Notes: generated by a model from the sequence alone, not told the origin. Counted from the whole stretch's first letter, positions 11,623 through 24,494 are shown. The stretch: 58,045 bases of DNA, filler included, from Jimgerdemannia flammicorona (GCA_003990765.1; 3 parts of 3 records of this genome joined end to end with filler, not necessarily neighbours in it); one strand, 5' to 3'. Translations and numbers: made by a program.

Positions 11623-12770
11623 CTATTTTGCAAGACGAGGTCGAGTGGCAACCCATACTTTGGATTTCCAGTCAGCCCTACCATTTACATCGATTGAACG
11701 AATGCCAGGAAAGCAGATAACTTGTTTATCTGCCGAAGTGATCACAATCGTATACGCTGTCGTATCGTGCCGGTCAAAATCATGTGAAATAGTCAATTTT
11801 TGGTCACACAAGAAAAGCATACCGGAGATTTTGATCATAGTGTCGAATAGTGCGTCAAATTGATCTTGATTAGATATCTCCAGGAAACTGATTTTAAGAT
11901 CATCGTGAGCTTTCTCCTTGCGTGCTCTTTTACGTATTCGCAATCTGAGGTCCGATTCAACCGTCTTGTAATTTGACTGGAGTACACCTGTGATGAACTG
12001 TATGTTTGTTGGAGATTCCTCATAGTCGAACATGTGCTCACAGACCTCTTTGATTTGATCCTTGAGGAGCTTTTGAGTTTCTCTGAACACAGACTCCATA
12101 CTAGCCGTCAATAGTGAACCGTTCTTAGCACTATCACCGAAGAGATACAGGCTAAGCCATTGTTGTCTATGGTCATAGAAGATATGATGAATTTTTTTAA
12201 AAATAATAACTGGAAATTAAGTCAAAAAGAAACGGAAAAAATAGCCAGTAATTATACTTACCGAAGACTTTCAAATATTTTCAATACAGCACCAATACTC
12301 CAGGCTTCATAATCGGAACCAATAACAGTAGCACGTAATTTGTTCATTTCCTCCTTCAAGAGAGCATTTTTCCTCTTCAAATCTTCTATTTCTTCCTGAG
12401 CTTCTGAATATTGATGCTAGTTCATAATATAGTTACGATAAGTACTTATTCAGAACAACCCGTGCTTTCGAAATCTTTTTTTTATTTTATTTTTTTTGGT
12501 TAACCTACCTCTAATAGCTGCCTCCGTTCAGTTTCAACCCCATATCTATTGAAGATATCTATCAGATGATTCACAAAACCATCCCTTTCACCGCTTATCG
12601 ACGCGGCAGTGATAGCATCGTCTTGAACTTGCTCAGACACTGGCTTTTGAGACTCGCTAATGTAATAATAAAAGATATCCATAAGTAAAGGAGTGACAAT
12701 AAGCCGCATGATGAGTTGATTCAACTTACCCGACTTGCGAATAACTTCTTTGATCAGTTGAAGGCTGCAT
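11623..12770 (-). CDS. Coiled-coil Hsp70-partner protein, copy 2 (295 aa)
   Basis: Exons 12770-12730, 12656-12509, 12416-12262 and 12166-11623 (888 nt, in frame). Same intron phases as copy 1; SPTNIQF.TGVLQSNY and VICFPGI...WKSKVW conserved. Confidence 0.85.
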
Positions 12771-13325
12771 ATTTTCAATATATTTCGGTCCTCCGCGACA
12801 TACTTATATTTATGTGCCCAAATGGAAAAGCCCCGAGACATAATTCATTTCAGTTTTTATCGCTTATAGTACCAAGTCCTGTGAATTGATTATAAGGAAG
12901 AACTTTGTACTACTCGGCATCTGGTTCCTATGCGCATTTCAACTTTATTAATATATAAACACTTTGTGATCACATTATGCAATCCTTTTTGATAAACAAT
13001 GTAAGCATAACAATGATGTAAGCTGGTGGCTGACCATGGCAACGACCAAACAGAAGAGTACACAATTGTGTTCCAGTCTACATGGTAAGGTTTGCATAAA
13101 TGTATATTATGCATTGTGCCAATCTTTACCAGCAATAATCTCTCGCTCAATGAATTTAGTAGATAGTGACAATTGTTTGTGTTCCACGATCAAAAAATCC
13201 CAAGAGTGGGGTAAAATCCTCCGCATTCGCCCATGTAACAATAAATTGTCCATGCCTGGTTAGGACCATCACATCTTGGGTATAAGCTTAAAATCACAAG
13301 TCTCAGTTTCACATTTTTTGCGAAA
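12771..13325. promoter_or_regulatory. Bidirectional promoter region, unit 2
   Basis: 555 bp between divergent ATGs; homologous to 6739-7301. Confidence 0.6.
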
Positions 13326-13848
13326 ATGCCTCCTCACGAAACACACGAAGTCAAGAACACCACCTCTGGTGTTTTCCGTAATATACTCAAGCGAAAAACG
13401 TATAACTTCATCTGTGCCATAGATTTTGGCACAAGCGGTACAGGATTCTGTTATGCAGCCCCCAACGAAGGTGCAATAGATGCCAAGCGAGACATTATCC
13501 CCAACCCTGACTGGTACGTATTGTTATTTTTGAAACTGCATTTATGTTATTCAGATTTGATAACTAATATATCGGCCTTGTTAGGCCGGGTAACCAAGGG
13601 CGTGGCAAAACGAATACTTCCATTATCCTTAATAAGACAACCAATACCTATATCAAATTTGGCACGGAGGCCAAATATGCCGCCCGCGATTCTGCTTTCA
13701 ACGATAAAGACAGATTCTTTGAATTGTTCAAGATGCAGTTATATGAGCATATGCCAGACACGCCGTTTATCGTCAAGGACACAGCGAGCAAAGAAATAGA
13801 TGCTATAATCGTTTTCAAAGAGTCGCTACGCTTCATAAAAACAGGTAT

Positions 13849-13885
<37 letters not shown>

Positions 13886-15491
13886 TAATGGAAATCTACA
13901 CTGCGTTGATAATCTGTTGATTTGACTTGAAATTAGTATTTTTTGAACACCTCAGAAAGAGAAATGTTCCCTGCTCTGAGATGGATGTCTTCTGGGTGGT
14001 GACGATTCCTGCAATTTGGGACGACGCTGCCAAGTTGCTAATGCGTGAAGCTGCTGTTGCCGCTGAACTGGAAAAAGAAGAAGGTCAACTTATGTTCGCA
14101 TTGGAGCCAGAAGCTGCATCTCTCTGGTGCCTCGCAAGTGGAGGAATCTCTTTGAAAGAAAAAGATGTCTACATGGTCGTCGATTGCGGTGGCGGTACGG
14201 TGGATATCGCGATTCACGAAGTAGAACGAGCTGACGAGCGACACCCACGGGTGAAAGAGAGTACGTGTGACATTGTTCATTTTGTATAAATTACATGATA
14301 TTATGTCTGTCTAATTCTGAGATAAATCTTTTAATCCAACAGTTGCGCCTGCCAGTGGTGGAGCCTGGGGATCAACCAGCATTGATCGTTGCGTGTTCAA
14401 ATTGTTTGAAGAAGTTTTTGGTCGCAACCGATACGATAAAATGATGAAAGATCCCCTTGGTCATACGCAACTTCAAGATAACGTCGAGAGAGCCAAATGC
14501 TCGTTCAATGGCGAAATAAATCCTGTCATCCAGCTTCCTGATTCACTCTTGAATTCGACGAAGGATGATTCGGACACACCAAACCAAGCTATCAACAATT
14601 ACAACCGAATAAATCAGACGCGGCTTCAGTTAAAAGGTTAGGCTATTTCATAGCGTGCATTAACTGTTTTTTCTTCTCCTTTTTTCTTTTTTTTTAAGTT
14701 CTGACATTCTGTATGTATTTCACAGGCTCAACTCTTCTAATTCCAGCGGCGATATTCTCGGAATTCATTAGTTCTGCAATACGCTCGACCCTAAATCACG
14801 TGAATGACCTCTTGGTGAAATATAGCAACATCAAATACGTCGTGATGGTGGGAAACTTTGCCAACTGCGTCCCATTACAAAAGCAAATGGAGACTCTTTT
14901 GGACACATTCAAAATCAAGTTAATTATCCCAGACCAACCGGGCGATGCAATTATGAAAGGTGCTGTACTTTATGGGTTGGATTCCTCTTCTGTTACCTCC
15001 CGTCGTGCCAAAAAAACCTATGGTGTGAGAAAGATTACAGCTTTTATCGATGGGGAGCACCCCGTAGAGCGGCTTGTGATCAGGAGTGGACTGAGATTTT
15101 GCTCAGCTGTGTTTGATCCATTTGTACAAAAGAATGAGACAATTTGTTCAGACCACATCGTGGAGCGTAAATATAAGAGGGCGGAAAAGGAACAAAAAGA
15201 GATAATAATACAAATTCTAGCCTCCGACGAAGACGAATTTCCACAATTTGCCGACCACTACTCCGTAGAGGTTATCGGAAAACATACCGTCAATATTCCA
15301 ATGAATGGAACTGGAAGGTAAGATTTTATTTTCGGGGGGTTTTTTTTTTCGTTCGAGAAACCTGATCCTATTATAATCTCGTTCGATTGTCTAGTATTAC
15401 TACGGGAATGTTATTTGGTGACACAGAACTTCGTTGCAAAAGTGTAAATGATCTGGGCGAGGAAGTGGAAACCACTTTAGTGTGGACATGA
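13326..15491 (+). CDS. Atypical Hsp70 family protein (HSPA12-like), copy 2, 584 aa
   Basis: Exons 13326-13513, 13585-13844, 13937-14260, 14343-14636, 14726-15317 and 15395-15491 (1755 nt, in frame). Exons 2-6 are identical in length to copy 1 and carry the same motifs. Confidence 0.93.
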
Positions 15492-15517
15492 ATGTTTGCA
15501 ATAAGTTGTCGGCGCTG

Positions 15518-15552
<35 letters not shown>

Positions 15553-15849
15553 TGCGCTCTCTGGCTTGAATCGTTGATCTGCATGTAAACAAACCCAAAT
15601 ATGAATATCGTTATATCGTATATTCCAATGCCACAACAAAACTGCAGAAGTACTCCGCCACGGAGTACCAAATCCGGGAAACGAGGTCACCATCCCATTC
15701 CACTTGTCCATCTAGATACCTAAGAAAAATGCTCTCTGATCCATCTGATACAACGAACCCCTATAACAAATAATCCCATTGACTTCAATATGCCAACACT
15801 AATCCCTTCTTGACAATAAAATCCATCACATCCGCCCTCCATACCATAT

Positions 15850-16145
15850 ACCAGCCACTTCTCTAGTATGCAGTACTTGTCGGCATGGTCCCTGTTCGCA
15901 ACAGCATTGGCCTGACGAGCCCCAACCTCGATGGCGATCCCGATATTGTACAGTAGGTAGGGAATATCCCTCTTGTGCTCGCCGATGTCTATGGATGAGA
16001 TGAAGCGCTTGGGGATGTCGGCGATGCCTTCCACGCAAATCGCACCATCCCGGATCTGAAATTTAACAGCCTAAACTCGACGCAAGACCTCGTCAATAGT
16101 ATTAAGGAAGCAACTTACCTTCATATCTTCTCAACAATTCACCAT
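15850..16145 (-). pseudogene. Isolated GC-rich exon-like gene fragment of unknown family
   Basis: Donor gtaagt at 16118 and acceptor tttcAG at 16056, then a C/G-ending codon-biased frame IRDGAICVEGIADIPKRFISSIDIGEHKRDIPYLLYNIGIAIEVGARQANAV...EKWL. No complete gene recoverable. Confidence 0.35.
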
Positions 16146-17081
16146 ATTTTTTTGTTTTATGGTTCGCTGGCAGAACATCCCGTCAACAAGGGGTATTTAT
16201 ACAGGTTGCCACAGAAAGGACCGGCTGAAAGAATAATTGAACACGTGCCACATATAAAAACTATAAAAACAAACGCCGTCTTCGCTCAAGCCACACAACT
16301 CACCTCCCCATTCTCACAACTACCCATTCAAACCAGGCACCAACACATTTCACACCTTTCTCACCAAATCTATTGCTACCGCACAGTTTGTAGGTATCCT
16401 TTATATTACATAGAAAACAGCTTATCAAAATGTATGAATCTCGCGCTTACTTTACCATCTTGCAGCCCACAACCACCTAACTATTCTAAAATATCTCATA
16501 ATGGAGTTGGAGGTAGCGTAACCGCTCATATATGAATGCCCTCCAACTGTAATTTATTGGCTTTGGCAAATAAAGAACATCTCGGGTTAGAATGACACGC
16601 GTCTGCTTGATTTCGCACATATTTTCGGGGAATGATGAGATGCCATCTAAACTTTTTTTCTATGGAAACGATGACAATAAAAAAAAAAATGGAAGAGGCC
16701 CAAGAAAGAGGCCGAAATAAAATTGTGCAGATAAACTACAGGAGCACGATAGGTTAAATGTGATCAACTTGGAGTTATTCCAGTATATAATATATAAACT
16801 GGTAAGGGTCGCCTAGGCCCTGAGGGTGGAGGAAAGCCCACTGGATCGCACAAAAAAGAAGGAAAAAGAAAAAAAGCCCTCCGAATCGTGGAGACACAAA
16901 TATAACCGTGGCTGCACAGGACCAGTTTCGACGTGATCAAGTTTGCCCAAACAGCAGCACACTGGGAATAATCATATCAAATATTTAAACTCATTCTTAT
17001 ACTGAAAGTACAAATGAAATATAGGCAGACTATGCTGTTTACAAACTAAATAAAATCTTGACGAAAAAAATAAAAATAAAC

Positions 17082-18263
17082 CTATGAATATGTAGCCCGA
17101 TCGGAGTGTGGTGGAATGGCAATCCATACTTTGGATTTCCAGTCAACCACACCATTTTCATCGGTTGAAGAAATGCCAGGAAAGCAGACAGTTAGCTTTT
17201 CTGACGAATTAATCACAATCTCGAACGTTTCCTTATCGTTTGGGTTGTATGCACGTGAGAAAACTAACTTTCGGTCACACAAGAAAAGCATACCAGAGAT
17301 TTTGATCATATCGCTGAATAGTCCGTCAAATTGTTTTTGCGCTACTTCACGTTGATTAGATTTCATTAGGAAACTAGCTGAAAATTTTAAGAACACTGGG
17401 TCTTGGTGTGCTATTTCACGCATTCGCTTTCTGAGGGTCTCTTCAAGTGCCGTGTAATTTGACTGCAGTACACCAGTGACGAACTGGAAGTTTGTTGGGG
17501 ATTCCTTGAAGTCAAATAAGTATTCACGGATTGTTTTCATGTGACTATCGAGAATATTCCGAGTCACGATGAACACAGATTCCATATTCCTGGTCAACAG
17601 TTCGCCGTCCTTGGCATCATCATCGAAGAGAAACAGGCTAAGCCATTGTTGTCTATGGTCATAGAAGATTTCATATAATTTTTTTTTAAAAAATCGCTGG
17701 AAATTAAATCAAAAAGCAAAATAGCTAGTAACGTACTTACCGAAGATTATCAAATTTTTTCAACACAAAACCAAGGTCCCAGGCTTGAAAATCACTACCA
17801 ATAATAGTGGCGCGTAATTTGTTCATTTCCGCCTTCAAGAGAGAATTATTATTCTTCAGCTGTTGGATTTCTTTCTGAGCTTCTGAATATTCATGCTAGC
17901 ATAATAAAGTTACTTACGATAAGTACTTATCTCATAAATTGGAACTTTTGTCAAAATCAATTTTCAGAATAACTCGTGCTTTCGATTTGTTAACCTACCT
18001 GTAGTAACCGAGTCCGTTCAGTTTCTCCCCCATATCTAGTGAAGACATTTTTCACATAACTTACAACACCATCCATTTCATTACGTATTGACGCGGTAGT
18101 AATAGTATTTTCTTGTTCAACCTCTGGCTGTGGAGACTCGCTAATGTTGCAATGAATATATAAGATATCCGTATGTAATAGCGTGACAATAAGCAGCACA
18201 ATGAATGTATTTCACTTACACAACTTTCGGGCGACTTCTTCGATCAGAAAAACTCTTCATCAT
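17082..18263 (-). CDS. Coiled-coil Hsp70-partner protein, copy 3 (302-303 aa)
   Basis: Exons 18263/18260-18220, 18140-17999, 17895-17741 and 17652-17082, in frame, with the same structure as copies 1 and 2. Confidence 0.85.
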
Positions 18264-18744
18264 TTCAATATGCTTCAGTTCTCCGCGACATACTTATATA
18301 TATATTTATATGCCGAACTTCAGCCTAAATGCAACTGTCCTCGAGACACAATGACATTTCAGTTATTGCTTATTGTGCCAGGTCTTGTGAATTAATTATT
18401 AGAAATATTCTACAAGGAAGAACTTTGTACCACACGGCGTTGGTTTTTTCACACTCCGAGGCAAATTGTGTACCCAAATGTTTCGGAAAAGCTCGGATAA
18501 AATGCTATGCATTATGCCAACCTTAACTTGTTAGCTCTGGCAATAATCTCTCGCTTGGTAATAATGACAGTTGTTTGTGTTCCATGATCAAATAATCCCA
18601 AGAGTCGGGTAAATTCCTCTGCATACGTGGTCCGTGGTCATGTACGAGCGTACATGTACTCATACCCAGTTAGGACTACCTCATCTCGGGCATAAGCTTA
18701 AAATCGCATTGTAGTATTAAGTCTCATTCATACTTTGTGTGAAA
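18264..18744. promoter_or_regulatory. Bidirectional promoter region, unit 3
   Basis: 481 bp between divergent ATGs; homologous to units 1 and 2 with internal deletions. Confidence 0.6.
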
Positions 18745-19264
18745 ATGCCTCCTTACGAAAAACGTGAAAACACCACCACTGGTGTTTTCCGCAATATACT
18801 CGAGCGTAAAACTTATAGCTTTATCTGTGCCATAGATTTTGGCACGAGTGGTACGGGGTTCTGTTATGCAGTCCTTAAGAATGGCAAAATAGATGCCAAG
18901 CGAGATATTATCACGAACCCTGACTGGTATGTCTTTCTATTTTTGAAAACTTCGTTTAAGTTATTCGCTTTCAGATTTGCCAACTAATATTTCCGTCTTG
19001 TTAGGCCGGGTAACCAAGGGCGAGGCAAAACAAGTACCTCCATCATCCTCAATAAGACAACCAATGCCTATATCAAATTTGGCACGGAAGCCAAATATGC
19101 CGCCCGCGACTACGCTTTCAACCAAAGAGACAGATTCTTTGAGTTGTTCAAGATGCAGTTATATGAGCATATGACAGATACGCCGTTTATCGTCAAGGAC
19201 ACGGCAAACAATGGAATCGATGCTTTGATCGTTTTCAGAGAGTCATTACGCTTCATAAAAAAAG
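18745..19264 (+). CDS. Atypical Hsp70 (HSPA12-like), copy 3, 5' part only (cut by assembly gap)
   Basis: Exons 18745-18926 and 19005-19264 (AIDFGTSGTG, FKMQL). Intron 2 runs into poly-T and Ns. Confidence 0.88.
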
Positions 19265-19284
19265 GTATGGTTTTTTTTTTTTTT

Positions 19285-19384
19285 NNNNNNNNNNNNNNNN
19301 NNNNNNNNNNNNNNNNNNNNNNNNNNNNTTAATTAATTAANNNNNNNNNNNNNNNNNNNNNNNNNNNNNNNNNNNNNNNNNNNN
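19285..19384. other. Assembly spacer
   Basis: N44-TTAATTAATTAA-N44, an artificial six-frame-stop linker. Confidence 0.98.
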
Positions 19385-20320
19385 CCCTACCCCTTCTTGA
19401 TGAAAGACCACTCTGTCTAATACAATCTCCACCCTTCCCCCACTCTGTTCACAGATCCTTGTCACCAAACCATGATATTGCCCCCCTGAAGGACCCCAAC
19501 CTATCCACCATCCAGTCAATAGATCCCCCAACAACTCCTCCCACCTCGAAACCTTCTCCCACAGTCCCATCTGCCACCCCTCCTCAAACACAAAAAGCCA
19601 ATATCCTGCCAATCCCACTCAAATAGCTAACACCCACCTGACAGTGAGCCAACTATCACTCACCCCCCTCACTAGCCAAGTCTCAAGTCCTCCCAGCAGT
19701 CCCCCTATCCTGCCGGCCTGTGCACCACACCCAGTCTATTCTCTATTTCTATCCAAAAGTCCCCCAAAATCTCACACTCTCCCAGCCAATATTCCAGTAT
19801 CTGTACAACACCCCCAGCTTGCCCCACATTGTAACACTCCTCACAATCGAAACAGCCACCATCCACCAGATGCCCAGTGTGGAAATTCAACATGACATTC
19901 CTCTGCAGCAATCACCACTACACCACCCAGTACTTGGGAGGAAGCCACTGCCATACCTCAGCACTCCAAGACCAGATACCTGCCCAGTCCCACTCCTCAC
20001 CGATAACTACCACCTGCCAACTGCTTGGCCAAAGATCCTGGCCAAGACCCTGCTGACACTCCCCTCCATCCCCAATATCAAAAGCAGCAAGTGGAGTACC
20101 CCCCAGGAGTAGTCTATCCCATCATCATATACTAGGTCCCCACATCTCCTCCCCCTCATTGCCTTGCCAGCACAGACCAATTCAGTGTACACCATCAACC
20201 ACTCTCCACCAAAAGCTCTGAAACTGCAGCTGCCAATTTTCATTGAGTCCTACTAAAGAGAGTAGATCTCCTGAGAACCCTTGGGGGGAGGTTCTCATCT
20301 CTCACACCTTCTGTAGCAGA
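19385..20320 (-). mobile_element. Tx1/L1-group LINE, 3' fragment
   Basis: zf-RVT-like CEECYNVG...EYWLGEC; homologous to 37730-38666. Confidence 0.8.
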
Positions 20321-20694
20321 AGATTCACCTCGGTTATGATGGTTCAGTCCATACTTTAAAGAGAGGAGACAACAGAGACCAGATCCAAAAATGCCAGACC
20401 AAGAAGCCAGGAAGAAGAATCCTCAAGATCTATGATTTCTGAGAAGACATCCTAGCTCTCATCAGATATGCAACCCACTAAGGATGGGCAGAAGATATCA
20501 CCAACTTCATGGAAGCCCTAGACCCTACAAGAAGAAGAGGAATCAATTATCTCTAAGACTCCTCTACCAGAGCCAGATGGCTACACCTCAATCTCAGAGC
20601 CTGAAGGCTCTCTGCTAGTAGAGCTTCAGTCCTAGGACAGCCTGAACTTAGTAAGAACATTGCCCAGTATACCCTGCTACATCCCATGGCCAAA

Positions 20695-21066
20695 CCTCTG
20701 ACCAAAGCCCACCTAGAAGATGTAGAGTATGATCTTCACAGTCTAGAGGATGAATCTATCAAGCCTGGAAAAACTTTCATAATCAGAACTGGACTAGCCA
20801 TGTAGCCACCCCAGGGATCTTACATCCAACTGACCTCAAGGTCCAGACTTGCTAGAAAAGGAATAACTATAGAAGGAGGAACCATTGACCCAGGATATAC
20901 AGGCGAAATCAAGGTCATTCTATACAACAGCAGTGCAGAATGGCACTGAATCATTAGAGGACAGAAGATTGCCCAAGCCATCTTCATGAAGGTCAAGACC
21001 CCACAGTTACAAGAAGTCTCTGAACTAACTGAAGCAATAAGACAAGCCAAGGGATTTGGAAGTTCA
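20695..21066 (+). pseudogene. dUTPase domain in Gypsy-A pol
   Basis: YDLHS, SRSRLARKG, GGTIDPGYTGEIKVIL, GQKIAQAI and RQAKGFGSS correspond to the five trimeric dUTPase motifs; two in-frame stops. Confidence 0.9.
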
Positions 21067-23948
21067 AATAAGAAGGAAGTACATCTCCTTCAAGGCAACC
21101 ACCTTAAGAAGAATGTTCCCCAGCAACTGTATTGGCAACCAGTCAGGCTGCACAAGAATCTCATCCTGGAGCCTGGAGAACAAACAACCCTCGAAATCTT
21201 TGTACCACCCGATCCCAGAAACCTTTTCTTTGAACCCCAGAAAGATATCCCCCACCTAGATATAGAAGGACACACATTCCCTGACAAGATGAATCCAGTA
21301 CACTCCCAAGCAACCAACCAAAGTTGGGAGACCACCATCTTGCCAAAAGGAACCATCATAGGGCATCTAGTGCCTTTTCTCAAATGAACTCATAGGGAAG
21401 TTTATGAACTAAACCTATCAGGAAACAGCAAAAGGTCCCAGAAGAAAGGAAAGGCCCCTCTGCGACCCAAGAGACAGTGAAGCCTTCCACTAACATTGGA
21501 GAAGAATTGATACCTGAACAACAGCAATAACTAGTAGAACTCCTCAACAAATATCAAGATATCTTCACTACTAATTATGGCAACCTGCCATACAATCCAT
21601 CATATCACTACAGAATAAATACAGAAAATACAACACCCATCTGGCAGAAATCCAATAGAATACCCCACCACTTGAAAACATTTGAAAAGGAGCACATTCA
21701 GGAACTCTTAGACAATAGAGTCATCCGACCCTCTACCAGCCTCTGGGCCAGCCCTATACTTATTGTACCAAAGAAAGGAGGATGGAGACTCTGTGTGGAT
21801 TACAGGAAACTCAACTCAGTCACTGAAAAGGATGCCTATCCTTTGCCCAGAATTGATGATCTTTTGGATCAGTTATGGAATGCCAGATACTTCAGCAGTA
21901 TGGACCTTTTCACAGGATTCCATGAGATCTCCATGGACTCCAAAGACATTCAAAAGACAGCCTTCCTTGCCTTAGGAAAATTGTTTGAATACCTCTGAAT
22001 GTCTTTTGGACTTTACAATGCACCCCCCACCTTCCAGAGGATAATGAATTCAGTCTATGCCCCTTTGATCTACCACTGCCTGATTGTATATATGGATGAT
22101 TCCAACATCTATACAGCCAATTTCAAAGAACACCTATACTACCTAGAGGAATTCTTCAAGCTCGCCTGTGAGAACCACTTGAGATTAAATGCAAAGAAAT
22201 GCTACTTTGGAAAACAGAAACTTAAATTTCTAGGATTCATAGTTTCAAAAGAAGGAACCTATGCAGACCCAAAGAAAACCAAGAAGTTCAATAATTGGCC
22301 AGTACCCAAAACTCTGAAGGAAACACAATCATTTCTGATGCTAGTATCCTACTACAGAAGATTTATCAAGGACTCTGCCCAAATTGCTGCTCCAATCCAA
22401 ATCCTTCTCAAGAAAGAAGTACCATTCAAATGGACAGAATCACAAGAGAAAGCCTTCTAAGAACTCAAAAACTGCATGACTACAGTACTGAACCTTGTGC
22501 ACCCTAATCTATAGAAGCCATTCATCTTGTACATAGATGCTTCTAAAGATGGCCTTGGAGCAGTTCTAGTCTAAGAAGGACCTGACCAATAGCCTATATA
22601 ATAGCTTATGTAAGTAGAGCTACCAATCAGCAGCAGATGAACTATGGTAGCACCAAACTAGAATGTCTTACAGTCATATGGGTGGTCACTCTGTTCAAGC
22701 ATTACCTTATTGGAAAAAGATTCACTCTGATCACAGACCATGCAGCCCCCCAATGATTATTCAACTACAAGGAACTCACTGGAATCCTAGTCTGCTGGAT
22801 CCTTATCCTTCAGAATTTCAAAATCACTATCATCCTCAAAGCAGGGAAAGGCCACAATAATATTGATGTACTTTCCCACCAGCTTCAATAAATCAGAAGA
22901 AGGGTGTCCTGAGGAACTACACCCTAAAGGAAGCCCCTCAGACCATCAAGGCACAAGAAGATCTCATCCAAAAAGAACATCAGAAAGCCCACCAAGGACA
23001 GACAAGTACAGAAGACAAGATTTGAAAACAATATCAGTGTTGGCCCCACCTCAGAACACAAGTCTGAGACATTATTCAGAAGTGTGATATCTACCAAAAG
23101 TACCAAGAAAAGAAGAACTATCAAGCCCCTCTGCAGCCAATTCCCCCACCCACTCACATCTTTCAAAGATGGGGAGTAGATGTAATTTGACCCCTACTAG
23201 TTATACCAAGAAGAAACAAATACATCCTTATACTTGTGGAATATCTGACCAAGTGGCCTGAGGCTTTCCCAATGGAAATTACAGATGCCATAACCATTGT
23301 AGGCCTTCTCCATGAACTCACACTCAGATATAGACCCCTGGAAGAACTCATCTCTGACCGAGGCACAGAATTTGTTAACAACATAATCATTAGTTATATC
23401 TAAATTCACAAGATCCTCCTCAAACAGACTATATTATACCACTCTCAGACCAATGGCATGACAGAGAGAATGAACCAGACCATCAAGAAAGGACTTGCCT
23501 AAGTCAATCCTACCAATTGGGACCTCTGCTTACCTGAAATCCTGTGGGAAATCTGAAACACCCCTGCAGCTTCAATCAAACAAAAGCCATTCGAAATAAT
23601 GTTTGCCAAGAAAACCAGAACTGCTGACCATGAGAATATCAGAGATCTCCTCAAGAAGGCAGAACAGTTATATAATCAAGCCTGAGGTCAGATTATTAAA
23701 GCCCAAGAAAGACAAAAGAAGTATTATGACCAGAAGTAGAAGGATCAGAAGATCAAGATTGGAGATCAAGTACTAGTTTGGAGAAGTATGATTATAATGA
23801 ATTTTGCCACCAAAATGGAACCTAAATGGGAAGGATCTTATTTTGTACACAATATCAGAGGAATCAGTATCTATTTAAGAAGCATGGATGGAGAAACCTT
23901 GAGAACTCCAGTCCACATCAATCACCTCAAGATATACCTACATGAACC

Positions 23949-24455
23949 ATGACTCAGAGGATTGATCAATGCCTCCAGACCCTCATTCTCAGCTCTTTCC
24001 AAGCCCTGTCAATTCCCCTGCCCCAGTTTTACCAACTTGAAGGAACCCCCATACAATTTATCTAGAAGTATCAAGAAAACCTTGCCATTGCCCAGAGGTT
24101 GCTTCAGACCCATCATCTACAAGCCTTCTACAACATTGGACAGCTATTGACAGAATAACCTTATATAAAGAGCCCAGCCGGAATTACTCTCAGAGAAGCA
24201 AGAACTGCCAAATAAATCTACACCCTGTACAAATGAAATGTTGGAGCCCTGTTGCAGTCTCAATTCCACCTCAATGATATCCATCAGATGAATGAGACCA
24301 CCTGCCAGAGTATTCTTCAACAAGTAGACATCCTGTTTCCCAAAGAACAAGAAGAAGATCCAGAGTAAGAATGGAGTGACCCAGATACTGATAATGAAGA
24401 TGATAGAACAGGCATAGATGCAGAAGATGCCTATGCTTACTGGAATGATGACTAA
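23949..24455 (+). pseudogene. Extra ORF (ORF3) of Gypsy-A between integrase and PPT, acidic C-terminus
   Basis: 169-codon frame MTQRIDQCLQ...FYNIGQLL...EARTAK*IYTLY...DAEDAYAYWNDD*. The internal stops are compatible with C>T/G>A changes. Homologous to the ORF at 49209-50045. Confidence 0.6.
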
Positions 24456-24494
24456 AGGATAGCCTGGGACAGACTACCCTTTAGTGGAGGCTGA

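Noticed and set aside
19329..19340. TTAATTAATTAA palindrome within Ns (also 38711-38722)
   Set aside because: Artificial contig linker with stops in all frames, not biological.
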